DNA from: the human T2T-CHM13v2.0 reference genome, Homo sapiens
Assembly (NCBI RefSeq): GCF_009914755.1
Contig: NC_060927.1
DNA: 64,000 nucleotides
Reading direction: 5' to 3' (one strand)
Shown: positions 28,429-42,390 of the stretch, piece after piece
Layout: the number at the start of each line of letters is the position of its first letter
Numbering within the stretch: the stretch's first letter is position 1
Translations under genes and position numbers: made by a program
Notes under the pieces: model-generated
What the model was told of the DNA's origin: nothing
The model's input: only the letters and a program-made list of their open reading frames with translations
Database searches by the model: none

Positions 28429-29070
28429 TGCTGTGCTTTGTGTCTGTGTATGGTTGTATTACAGGAGCATGTGAGGCTGGCTAACAGCATCTCTATGGGG
28501 GCTTTGTTCATGTACAACTGTGTGTGGCTGTGTCTGTACAACTGTGTGTATGGTGATGTTCATGACGTTCATGTATAAAGCTATGTGTTTTGCTATGTGT
28601 CCACATATAAAAACACACATTTGCTATGTGTCCTGCAGCCGTATATCCATAATTATGGCCATGTATGTGTGGACATGTCTTGGTGGACAGCTATTTGTGG
28701 CATGTCCTTGTGTGAGCAGCTGTATATATGTGGCTGTGTCCACATGTGCAGCCGTGTGTAGACATGGTCACATGTTCTTAGGGGCAGGGGTGTGCCCATG
28801 TGTATTATGGCTGTCTACAAGTATAGCTGTGTGTGGTTGCATGTTTATGTGTACTATGCATGTGGCCATGTCCACATTTACAACTGTGTAAGGCTAAGTG
28901 TATGTCCTCATCCGTGTGCACACAGCTGGGAGTGGTGGCTGCCTAGCTGTGTGTAACTGTGTGTCCATGTGCTGCGACTGTGCAGCTTGTTTGCTGCAGG
29001 CCACATCATGGGCTTTTCTGGCTGATGCTGTACACAGCCATATCTGTGTTTACAGCCCTGTGCCTTTTGT
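28230..29070. repeat. Degenerate TG-rich low-complexity tract with a pure (GT)15 core at 28397-28426
   Basis: Recurrent tgtg, tgtgtgg and catgtg motifs over ~850 bp. Confidence 0.8.
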
Positions 29071-30374
29071 GAGGCTGACTTGTTGAGCAGGTTGGGAGTG
29101 TGGCTAGAAGGAGTGTGTGACTCCTCACCTCAGCACCCTCCTGCTGTCAACCCCTCTGCTCCAGAGGCCTGGCCCATTGCTCACCTACCCCAGGGAGCTG
29201 TTGCTCTGAGGCAGCCAGAGAGGGTGAGAGCAGCCGGTGGCAGAGTTGGAGGTGGAAGACAGCATGTCTGTCTCCCACTGCCACCTTGTCTCCTGTTAGT
29301 GATGGGGCTTGTGTTTGTTTGGGTTTTATGTGTCTGTTTCGTTTCAAAGCTGTATTCTTTCCACAGCAGCAGGACATCAGGTTTCTGTGTCCAGGGAAAA
29401 AGCTCGTCCTTGGTGATCACCCCCGCACCCCTACGGACTGCCACACGCACATGTGGGTGTGTGTGCCTGAGGGGTCTGGGCTTGGCATGTTCATTAGCAT
29501 GTATCTGAGCTGGCCTTGCTTCCACTGACACCTGTGGAAGAAAGGGCAGTGTCGGGAATGTGTGTAGGGATGCCATGCCCCTTGGCACTTGTTAGTGTGT
29601 GCACATGTTAGGGGCAGATAGCACAGGCTCTCTAATCCCCATTCCTTCAGCACAGTCTGGCACTACAGCTTATCCACTACCCTCTACCCAGGGGCGTCCT
29701 TCCCCATCCTGCTGTGGGAGGGAAGAGTCAAGAGAATCTTCTCAGAGCTGTCCTCCCTCTGCTTGGGCTCCAGCTCTCACTCCCTCCTACGCAGCAGCCA
29801 GTTCCAGAAGCCTTTCCCTAGGCCCCTCCCCTCCCAGATGCCCCTGCCATCCCTAACACTCCCTCAGGGTTGACCCTAGTACTTGGTTCTGCAGCCCTTC
29901 CTGCAGGTTGCTCTCTCCTTGCTTAAATACCCTTTTTACATGGGAGTGGGTGGCAGGTTTAAAGGGCATCTGCAGGAAGGAAGGGGAGGCCCCATTCTCC
30001 TCTGACCTCTCCCTTCCCCCAATCTTTTCCTCATAGTGACTCTGGCTCCAGGTCTCAAAAGTGGCAGAGGACACATGCCTCCAACTCAGGCCTGGGATGT
30101 GGACCCAGCTGAAATCGCTGAGTGGGGAGAATAGACTCCACCCGTCTCCCACGCGCCCCTTTACCTATCCCCCAGAGGCACCCCTTGCACTAAGGCCAGC
30201 TCCTCCACTCTGCAGTAGCACTATGGGCACCTGTCGGGGCGCAGTGACCTTCCCCACCCCGTGCCCCGTGGCATCCCCCCGCCCCCCACCTATGCTCTCT
30301 AGGTGGTAGTCTGACTATGGGGCGGAGTGGGCCACGAAGCACCCGCTCCAGCGCAGAGCGAGAGCGCTCGGGGA

Positions 30375-30400
30375 TTCAGCACCACGAGGCGGACAGCTCC
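30375..30400 (+). promoter_or_regulatory. Non-canonical (7-bp spacer) RE1/NRSE element, candidate REST site
   Basis: TTCAGCACC-acgaggc-GGACAGCTCC: both RE1 half-sites are near-consensus, separated by 7 bp instead of 2. Confidence 0.7.
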
Positions 30401-30574
30401 AGGCCCTGAGGTCCCCAGAAAAGCTGGAGCGCGGAGTGTCCAGAGGAGGCGGAGGCTGGGTTGGGAGCAGGAGACCTGGCGTCTGGAGGAACGGAGGAGG
30501 GGCTGGGGGCGGGCCGGGGCCGGGGGCGGGGCGGGGCGGGCCGCGATTGAAAGCGGCGGGGCGAGCGGGCGGGC

Positions 30575-30677
30575 GGAGAGCGCAGAGCCAGCGAGCCAGC
30601 GAGCGAGCGAGCGGGAGCCGGAGCCTCGCGCCCCCCGCTCCACTCCGATTCTCTCCGCGCCAGAGCCAGCGCGCCAG
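30575..30677 (+). other. GRM2: GRM2 non-coding exon 1 (start approximate)
   Basis: Lies in the CpG island downstream of the GC boxes; donor GCGCCAG|gtaggg at 30678; would splice to the tctgcag|GAGCTG acceptor at 32358. TSS position is inferred. Confidence 0.75.
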
Positions 30678-32262
30678 GTAGGGTGAGCCGGTGGTGGTGG
30701 TGCCGCTGCCGCTGCCGACCTTTTTGGCCCTTACCTCACGTCCCAGGGTCCTGCGGGCCCTCAAGTTGTGGGGCGCCCGCGCTGCTGTGTCCAGACAGCG
30801 TTCCCTGAGAGCTCCGGGAAGCGGGAAGACAGCCCCGGGCGTCCCGCCTTTCTTCTCCAGAAAACGCACGCCCCACATCGCACTCCCCCGTTCCTCCTGC
30901 TCCAGCGTCCTCTGGTCCTTCTTTCTGTCTGTGCCTCCGTCTTTGTCTCAACCTCTCAGGCTTGCTCGCTCCCTGCCCAGATTTTGTGGCCCAGGCTCCT
31001 GGCTGTCTGACTCCGGGTTTCTGTCCCCTTCCTGCCTCTGAGCTTCCGTCTGGGCCTCCCCTCTGGGAGACTTGCGACTTGACCAGTTTTGGCTTCAGCC
31101 CCCATCTGGGTCCCTGTCTCCATCTGTGCTGGTCTTCCTCCCTGCTTCTCCCTCGCTTGCCTGGGTAAGCTGCTGCTTTCCTGATCCCCAGAGGAGCCCA
31201 GTGCCCCTGCCCTGGGGAGCTGAGGGGGCAAAATGAAGAGGCTCAGCCTCCGTGGCCAGCACATGGGGTCCTTGAGTTAGTTGCTGCCCTTCTTCAAACT
31301 CAGTTTCCTTTCCTGTTCTGAGGAAAGAGGTATGTCCCTCTCCCAGCCTTTCCAAGCCTGTGTGATTGTGAGAGCCTTTGTGGGGTGTGTGTTTGGGAAG
31401 GCAACTGGGGTACAAATGATTGGACGCAGTGGGGAAGAGACAGGGAGGGGGTCTCTGAGGGCCATGGCTAGGGTGGGCAGGGCCCTGAAGCTGAGGATGG
31501 GGAGATTGGAAATGGTGACTTTCTCTGCTGGGTCGGGAGTGAAGAGAAAACAGAGGCACAAAATCTCAAGCAGTGTTCTACACAGAGCTAGAGAGTCCCG
31601 CACTCTCACCCTCAGCACTGTTTGGAGACTCTAGCCCCCAACCCTGACACACACATACGTGAACATCTGCTTGCCCTGTTGACTTAGGACCTTGAGCCAC
31701 TTGGGTACCCTCCCTGAGGCCAGCCATTCCACCTTGCTGTCTCATTCCCAGGGCTTAGTGTCTCTATTCCTTCCTCAGTCAGCAAACTGTGGGGATGGCT
31801 TTTTAAGAACCAAAGGTTAGAACCCTTGGGTGTTCACATGGGCTCCAGTCTCCCCACGGGTTGGAGACTGTCCCTTAGAGATGCTTCCCTTCCTCTTCCC
31901 TGGTGGGTCCTGAGACAGCAGTTCCTTCTCTCTGGAAATCCAAGGCTCAGGATGGGGACCTCTGAGTTTGTGACTGTGACATAGTCTGTTCCAAAGGTAT
32001 TGACCTCGGGGTCCTGGGAGGTTTGTGCTGTTCTTGGACACCCTTTGAATTACAGAGGGGTCAGCATTGGCTGGGGTCTCCTGTCCTCTGCCTGGGACTT
32101 CACTGCTTGCATCTCTCCCCACTGCTGAGTTTGGTAGGGGAATATGGCCCATCTCTCACCAAGCTGAGGCCAGGGCTGAGAGACAGGTCCAGGGGAGTCC
32201 CAGGAGCTTCTCAACCTACTTAATGACACCATCCTGTCCCTCCCTGGCTTTTGAGTACCTAG

Positions 32263-32970
<708 letters not shown>

Positions 32971-33160
32971 TAGGGAGGGAGGCCGGAGGTGGTGACCCAG
33001 AATTCCTGCTGAAAAGGGGCTCATGGGCTGCTGTGAATTGGAAGGGAAACTAGAAGCTTCCTTGCAGTAGCTTTTACAGAAGCTAAGAAAGTGCCCTGGT
33101 CACATAATGGTGGTCGATTTTTAGAGACTGTGCAAGAGAACATCTTACTCTCATTACTCC

Positions 33161-34858
33161 CACACACACACACACCCTCACACACACACACACACCCCAC
33201 ACACCCTCACACACACACACAGCCCCCCACACACCCACACACCCCCCCACACACACCCCACGCACCCCCCCCACACAACCCCACACAACCACACCCCTAC
33301 ACACACCCACACACCCACATAACCCCCCACACACCCATACACCCCCCACACCCACAACCCCCACACCCACACCCCTACACACACACCCATACACGCCCCA
33401 CACACACCCACACCCCCCACACACCCACCCCTACACACACCCACACACACCCACACACTCCCCACACACACCCATACACCCCACACACCCATGCACCCAC
33501 ACCCCCACACACACCCACACACCCCACACGCACACCCTCACACACATCCCACACACACACACCCCACACACACACCCTCACACACATGCCCACACCCCAC
33601 ACACACCCATACACCCCCCCACACCCATACACCCCCCACACCCACACCCCTACACAGCCACACACAACCACACCCCTACACACACCCATACACGTCCCAC
33701 ACACAGCCACACCATGCACACACCCCTACACACACCCACACACCCCACACACACACCCATACACCCCCACACACCCATGCACCCACACACCCCACACGCA
33801 CACCCTCACACACACATCCCACACACACCCACCCCCACACCCCCCACACACCCTCTCACACACCCCACACCCACACATCCCCCCACACCCCACACACACC
33901 CCCACACCCCCACACACACCCATACACACCCCCACAGACACCCACACCCCTAACACACCCACCCCTATACACACCCACACACACCCCACACACACCCATA
34001 CACCCCCACACACCGACGCACCCACACCCACACGCCCACACACCCACACACACCCCACATACCCTCACACACCCCCCCCCACACCCCACACACATACACT
34101 CACACAAACCCCCCACACACCCCCCACACACACCCCACACCCCCCTACACCCACACACCCACACACACCCACACACACCCACACACACCCCACACACCCA
34201 CATACATCCCCTCACCCCCACACCCACCCACACACCCCACACCCCCCACACCCCTCCCACACCCCCCACATGCCCCCACACCCCCACACCCACCCACACA
34301 GACCCCCCACACACACCCCCCCACACACCCCACACACCCCCACACACACCCCACACACCCCCCCACACACCCCCACACCCCCTCCACACACCACCCACAC
34401 CCACCCACACTCACTCCCACACACACACACACACACCCCACACAAACCCCCCCGCAAACCCCCTGCACACACCCACACACACCCCCACACACTCCTCCCA
34501 CACACCCACACACACCCACACCCACCCCCCCCACACACCCACACACACCCCACACATCCACACCCACCCCCCCACACACACACCCACACACACCCACACA
34601 CACCCAGACACCCCATACACACACACCCACACACACCCCCCACACACCCAGACACCCCCCTCACACACCCACACATCCCCCCCACACACCCCACACACAT
34701 CCACACCCAAGCACACCCACACACACCCGACACACCCACACACACCCAACACACCCACACACACGCACCCCACACACCCACACACACCCCACACCCACCC
34801 CCACACCCACACACACACCCAGACACACACACCCTCACACACACACACACCCTCACCC
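33161..34858. repeat. ~1.7 kb CA/C-run low-complexity tandem tract (CACA, CACCC, CACCCC units) in GRM2 intron 2
   Basis: The + strand is almost only C and A for ~1.7 kb; source of the His/Thr/Pro and Gly/Val/Cys ORFs in the track. Confidence 0.97.
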
Positions 34859-34886
34859 TTGATGTTAACCCTGAGGGGCTTAATAG

Positions 34887-35322
<436 letters not shown>

Positions 35323-36134
35323 TAATGAGTTGATAGATGCATAGTATGTATCAGGGGCCCGGCAAGTCATAAGGGCACCGTTGATATTAGCTGCTATTAT
35401 TTTTAACCCATTTTATAGATGAGGAAACGAAGGCTCAGAGAGAGGTGGGCCACATTCAAGGCAGTGGTGGAGGGGAACTGTGAAATCGGCTCTCGGCCAA
35501 GGGGCTCCTGACTTGTCAGATCATCTCTGCCTGGATTGGAGAGGGGTGGCCAGATAGAAGCCAGGAGTGGCCAGAGGAGAGAATCAGGGTAGGGGAGTCA
35601 GAAGGAAGATAAACAGAATATGTGTCGGGGGAGGGCACCAGAGAGTCTTCAGGGGGCACAGGATTTGAGGGGGTGGGAAGGGTGGGGAGGCAGCTCCCCT
35701 GCCCTCAGCCTCCTACTCTCCCACAGGGACCAGCAGAGGGTGCTCTGTGGCTCAGCTTCAGCAGAGGCTGCTGGCCCTGCTGACACCCCTCTGCTGCTCC
35801 CAGGGCTGTGCCCAGCTGCGATCCTCCCATCTCTGACTGGGTCCTACCTCTCACCCAGATTCCCGCTTGCCAAGTGCCCAGCACAGGCTGCTGGAAGATG
35901 CGGCTGGAGCTAGAATCAGGGCTGGGGGACATAAGGTAGGCCTTGGCTTGGCCTCAGCTTCCTTTCGGAGAGTGGCTGAGGGCATTGCCGAGATGGAGAG
36001 GGCCAGGCCCCCTGTCCTAGAACAGTTGTTCAGGAGAAATGGAGCAGAAGCAGAAATCAGAGAACCCTGGAGTCAGCTACCGGCCTGAAGTCGGGGAGGC
36101 CTGGCCACTCCATCCACTGCTGGGAGTGGATTAT

Positions 36135-36251
36135 CTGTCCTGCTAATCCCAGACACTGGAGGTGGCTAGGCAGCTGTCATGCTAGTCTCAGTCACTGGAG
36201 GTGGCTAGGCAGCTGTCCTGCTAGTCCCAGTCACTGGAGGTGGCTAGGCAG
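36135..36251. repeat. 3 x 39-bp minisatellite
   Basis: Unit ctgtc(c/a)tgcta(a/g)tc(c/t)cag(a/t)cactggaggtggctaggcag starting at 36135, 36174 and 36213. Confidence 0.93.
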
Positions 36252-37437
36252 CAGCCTGGGAAGATGTGGCTGTGCTAGCATCTATTTCTGCAGCCCCGGG
36301 TTGGGGCAGGGATGAGTGGGCGGCCTCCTACCTGCTGCTGTCTTCCAGGGCCTCTGCTGAAGTTTTCTCCACAGTCCTCCTTAGGGCTCATGCATTTATC
36401 TCCAGAAGTCCAGTTACCTCCTTGCCATCCCAAGCTGCCTGCCTCCTGGATCAGGGCCCACGCCTCAGCAGTGGTCTGCTTCTCCCTCGTCCTGATCAAC
36501 ACGAGGCTAGCCTGTCATCCGTAGGCTGCACCTGCCTGTTAATATTCCCCCTCATGGCTGCTCCTTCTCTCTTGCCCATGTCCCTATCATCTTCCCTTTG
36601 CCAGGCACTGTGGCCTCCCATGCATTATCGTTTTTATCCTCTCAGCAGCCTTGTAGGGCAGGAATGTGAAACTGAGGCTCAGGGAGATTTGCCAACTCCA
36701 GGGGCCCAAAGGTAAAATGTGTGGGAGGGGAGGAGACATTGAGCCCTAGACTGTCAGAGCCATAGCCTGTATCCAGTTGCAACACAAGACTCACCCCTCT
36801 GCTGTAGAATCTGGGCCATGCTCTGCTTTCACCTACCCACCCTCTACCTGGCCCTTGGCCGGATCCCACTCCTGTGGGACCTGAGGGTGGGAGATGGGGT
36901 GCCAGGCAGCCAGTGGTAGAACGTTTAAGACTCAGGCATTCAATGGAGACCAAGCCTTGGCCTATTAGGGCCACCGGACCCTGGGATCTGTGTCTTTCTT
37001 CCTAGGGGAAACTTTTCCTTCTTTCTGTATCATTCCATCAGATTGATTCAGGGGAAGGGCCACCTACCCTCAAATAAGTAGAGAGCCGAAGAGCCCTGAG
37101 TAGCCAGATGCCATCTCATGCCTCCCTCTGCCCCAGTGTAGCCAGGTGCCAACCTCCCTCCACCCAGGCCTTCCTTGGCCCCCCTGCCATGTGTCTAAAA
37201 GGGGATGGCAGAGGGGATCAGGTGTGGCTCATGACCCTGGTGTCTCCACCCTGGGTCTTCTCTCTCTCAGCCCTTGGAAAGAGATAAAAAAACTCCCTAG
37301 CCCAGAGGGAAGACTGTCAAGTCAGGATGCAGGGCTTTAGAGAGGGAGCCTTTAGGCCTGACCTTGTGGACACTTGACACCAAGACCTGCTAGCTGTGGG
37401 GGATGCACCTGTCTCTAGTGTTTGATCTGACCGCTGA

Positions 37438-38400
<963 letters not shown>

Positions 38401-38711
38401 TGAAAGTAAAGGACTCACCTGGGGTGGCGTCAGAGCAAGGGCAAGGATGCTAGGCAGAGAGGACTCCAACTGAAGCTACGGCTGAGGTTCCACTTTCTTC
38501 CAGAGAGTAGACCTCTGGCCTGGTCCCGCCATTTTGAGGGTCTCTGGCTCCTCCTTGGGCCTTGCCCACTGTCTTCTGTCTCCTTATCTTGCCAAAGGTG
38601 GAGACCAGGAGACCTCAAGCCCATTCTCAGGCAGCACCAAGAGTTAGAATCAGTCTGGCTTGAGGGTGAGCATCAGGATGACGCTCTATATTCACGGAAA
38701 ATGTCTTTCTG

Positions 38712-38912
38712 TCTTTCTTTTTTCTTTTCTTTCTTTTTTCTTTCTTTCTTTCTTTCTTTCTTTTCTTAGATGGGGTCTCACTATATTTTGTAGGCTGGAG
38801 TGCAGTGGTTATTCACAGGCACAATACAGCCTCCAACTCCTGGGCTCAAGCGATCCTTCTGCCTCAGTCTCCAGAGTAGCTAGGATGACAGGCATGTGGC
38901 ACTGCTCCTAGC
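38712..38912 (-). mobile_element. Alu monomer (FRAM/AluJ right-arm fragment) with a (TTTC)n tail
   Basis: tggggtctcact...ggctggagtgcagtgg...ctcctgggctcaagcgatcc. Confidence 0.8.
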
Positions 38913-40053
38913 TTCAGGGAAAATTTCTATTCCTAATCTTGATTTTCCACTCAAGGTGACCTGAAAGTCTCCTGAAATCAAAAGTTATTTTAATAAGAGT
39001 GCCAGCTTTAAGAGAAATGACTGCTGCAGATCATCACTATGCTTCAGGAAGAATCACCGTGGGAACAGTGGGAGACAAAGCTTGGAAGCCCTGGCCCAGG
39101 GTTAAGATGAAGAGTACTTCCAATAGAACTGACATTCAGAGTTAGCTACAATCAGTGTAGGGGTTAGGGTTGGAATCTGGGGTCCGATTTGGTTGATGTT
39201 AGAGCAAGGCTAAATTCAGCATGTTTGGCTTGGGTGGAATTTATGGTAGGGCTAGAGTTGGATTTTGAGAACTTTTAGGCTGAGTAGAAAGAGTAGGTGC
39301 TTGAGGGGACCTGGGTTTGAATCTAGGCTGCACTATTCACTCATGGGGCCTTAAGCATGTCTTCTGCTTTCTTGAACCCTGATTTCTCACTGGGGCCAGG
39401 GATGGCTGTAAATCCTGGCTAGAGCCTGGCTGGGAGATGTGAGGTTTACAGGGGATGAAGTGGGGGTGGAGAGAGGAAGTGATTTTCCAGCCACTGACCA
39501 CATTCTGGTGAATGGCAGTGGTTGCAGGTGACCAGTGAGGTTGGGATTCAGTTTGCACCAGGATGACTGTTAGGACTAGGGGTGCTGGAGCTGGGGTTGT
39601 TGTTAGGATTAGTGGGGACAGGATTGGAGCTGAGACTGGGTTTAGCCTTAGCATTGAGTTTGGGGAGAGGGCTGTAGTGTATGTTTCGATGAAGTTGGGA
39701 TTTGGAGCCTGGGTTGGAAAGTGTTGGATAGTACTAAAGTTGAATTTGGGGAGTCATGGTTGGGGATTGATGTGGGCATTAGGTTTTTGGAGATGTCTGG
39801 GCTTTAAGGCTGGGATTACATTTGGCATTTAGGGTTGGGGTTTGATGTTGGAGTTTAGGAGTAAGACTTTGTTGTCATCTCTCATTTAGAAAAATGATTG
39901 GGGTCAAGGCAGGATTTAGTATTGGGTTAAGGATTGGAAGGGCTAATGGTGGTCTTAGCTCTGGCATTTGGGTTCCATGTTAGGGTGAATGTTGAGGTCA
40001 CATCAGGGTAACACACTAGTCCAACCTTCTCTTCCTTCCCTCCCCCATCCTAG

Positions 40054-41129
40054 CCCCCTTTCGCCCAGCTGACACCCACAATGAGGTCCGCTTTGACCGC
40101 TTTGGTGATGGTATTGGCCGCTACAACATCTTCACCTATCTGCGTGCAGGCAGTGGGCGCTATCGCTACCAGAAGGTGGGCTACTGGGCAGAAGGCTTGA
40201 CTCTGGACACCAGCCTCATCCCATGGGCCTCACCCTCAGCCGGCCCCCTGCCCGCCTCTCGCTGCAGTGAGCCCTGCCTCCAGAATGAGGTGAAGAGTGT
40301 GCAGCCGGGCGAAGTCTGCTGCTGGCTCTGCATTCCGTGCCAGCCCTATGAGTACCGATTGGACGAATTCACTTGCGCTGATTGTGGCCTGGGCTACTGG
40401 CCCAATGCCAGCCTGACTGGCTGCTTCGAACTGCCCCAGGAGTACATCCGCTGGGGCGATGCCTGGGCTGTGGGACCTGTCACCATCGCCTGCCTCGGTG
40501 CCCTGGCCACCCTCTTTGTGCTGGGTGTCTTTGTGCGGCACAATGCCACACCAGTGGTCAAGGCCTCAGGTCGGGAGCTCTGCTACATCCTGCTGGGTGG
40601 TGTCTTCCTCTGCTACTGCATGACCTTCATCTTCATTGCCAAGCCATCCACGGCAGTGTGTACCTTACGGCGTCTTGGTTTGGGCACTGCCTTCTCTGTC
40701 TGCTACTCAGCCCTGCTCACCAAGACCAACCGCATTGCACGCATCTTCGGTGGGGCCCGGGAGGGTGCCCAGCGGCCACGCTTCATCAGTCCTGCCTCAC
40801 AGGTGGCCATCTGCCTGGCACTTATCTCGGGCCAGCTGCTCATCGTGGTCGCCTGGCTGGTGGTGGAGGCACCGGGCACAGGCAAGGAGACAGCCCCCGA
40901 ACGGCGGGAGGTGGTGACACTGCGCTGCAACCACCGCGATGCAAGTATGTTGGGCTCGCTGGCCTACAATGTGCTCCTCATCGCGCTCTGCACGCTTTAT
41001 GCCTTCAAGACTCGCAAGTGCCCCGAAAACTTCAACGAGGCCAAGTTCATTGGCTTCACCATGTACACCACCTGCATCATCTGGCTGGCATTCCTGCCCA
41101 TCTTCTATGTCACCTCCAGTGACTACCGG
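40054..41129 (+). CDS. GRM2: GRM2 coding exon, 1076 nt: end of flytrap, cysteine-rich domain, TM1-TM6
   Basis: cctag|CC acceptor (phase 1), CGG|gtgagc donor; CSEPC...CCWLCIPC Cys-rich pattern, VKASGREL, KTNRIARIF, PENFNEAK. Confidence 0.98.
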
Positions 41130-42084
41130 GTGAGCTACCTGCCACAGAGGTCGGGGGAGATGGGACACCAGACCCTCTGTTTCCTGGTATCTTATTTAAT
41201 CTACTGGTAGCTCTGGGGTTCCAAGAGGATAATGCCCACTCAGGGGACCACAGCTTGTGTGGATCCCAAGGGGAAGGTGGGAGGGCTGAATAGGACCTAG
41301 GGAAATGGCCAGGGAGGTGGGGAACTCGAGTTAGAGAGAGCTGAGATTTCAGGACTTGAATGTCATCCCCTATCCTGGAAGGTGATGGGGGTGCAGAAAT
41401 ATGTTCAAATGGACAGGGTTCTGCCCTGCTCCACTGAGGGGTCATCTGCAGAAGGGGTTGAGAGATGAAGCCAGGGAAGGCAGGAAAGATGAAGCAAGGT
41501 GGGTAGGGGAGGAGATCCAGGGTATAGAGTTGAGAAAAGCTAAAGCAGGTGAAAATTGTTCCCCAGTTGGTGGCTTCTGAGCAAATTTGGTTCCAACTGG
41601 CACTGTGTCTCAATGGGTCTCCCCAGCTCCAAGGGGCAATGGCTGCTTCAGATAGGGTGGTCAGGGAAGCCCTCTCTGAGGAGGTGACAGATGAGCTATG
41701 TTCTGAGTAAGAAGATTATCTTGGTTAATCTTCATAACTTGAGTAAGCTCCATGGCTCTCCCGTTTTACAGATGAAGAAACAGAGACTCAGGGAGGTTCA
41801 ATCCCTTGCCCAAGGTCACTCAGCTTGGGAGTGCAGAGCAGGGTCTGAACTGCAGAAAAATTGAGGCGAAAGCCCCGGCAAAGGCCCCTTCCCCAGGACA
41901 GAGGTGTGGTGGCACAGTGCTGGGGGCCAGGGACCGCTGGGCTTGGCTGCTCTGCTTGCACCTGCTGGGCCACCTGCTTGGGTGGTAGAGGCCAGGGCTG
42001 GGGAGGGATTCTGCTCTGACTCAGCCTGCATTTGCATATGATTTGCATTTGCATGCCAATCACAGGCAGCTAAGGACTCACCTG

Positions 42085-42390
42085 AGACACACACCGTACC
42101 CACACATGCATGCACACACACACACACACTTGTACACACAGACATAGCCACATGCATGCATGCACACACACATATCCCACATACACACACTCGCTGGCAC
42201 ACACACATATATCTTCCTGACAAATGAATCCATACCCATGCACCCTACACTCACGCACACATACACTCACGCAGACACCTGCAGAAATTCACCACCCCAC
42301 ATACATGCACTTACACAGATATACACACACACCTACATGCACGCACTCCATTCCTGCAGCCCCCAGATGCACACACCCCTGTGTATACAT
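42085..42390. repeat. CA-rich low-complexity tract in GRM2 intron 4
   Basis: cacacacac, catgca and catacac motifs. Confidence 0.8.

Larger units (their letters stand above)
30230..30910. promoter_or_regulatory. GRM2: CpG island / GRM2 promoter with tandem GC boxes (Sp/KLF/EGR type)
   Basis: Very dense CpG; overlapping GGGGCGGGG boxes at ~30506-30540; spans non-coding exon 1. Confidence 0.9.

Noticed and set aside
33161-34858. Resemblance to budding-yeast telomeric C1-3A repeats (contamination or insertion)
   Set aside because: Frequent C4-C9 runs and T/G interruptions break the C1-3A rule, and the tract sits cleanly in a human intron; convergent simple-repeat evolution is enough to explain it.
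36135-36251. CRISPR-like repeat array
   Set aside because: Units are contiguous with no unique spacers, there are no cas genes, and the context is eukaryotic.
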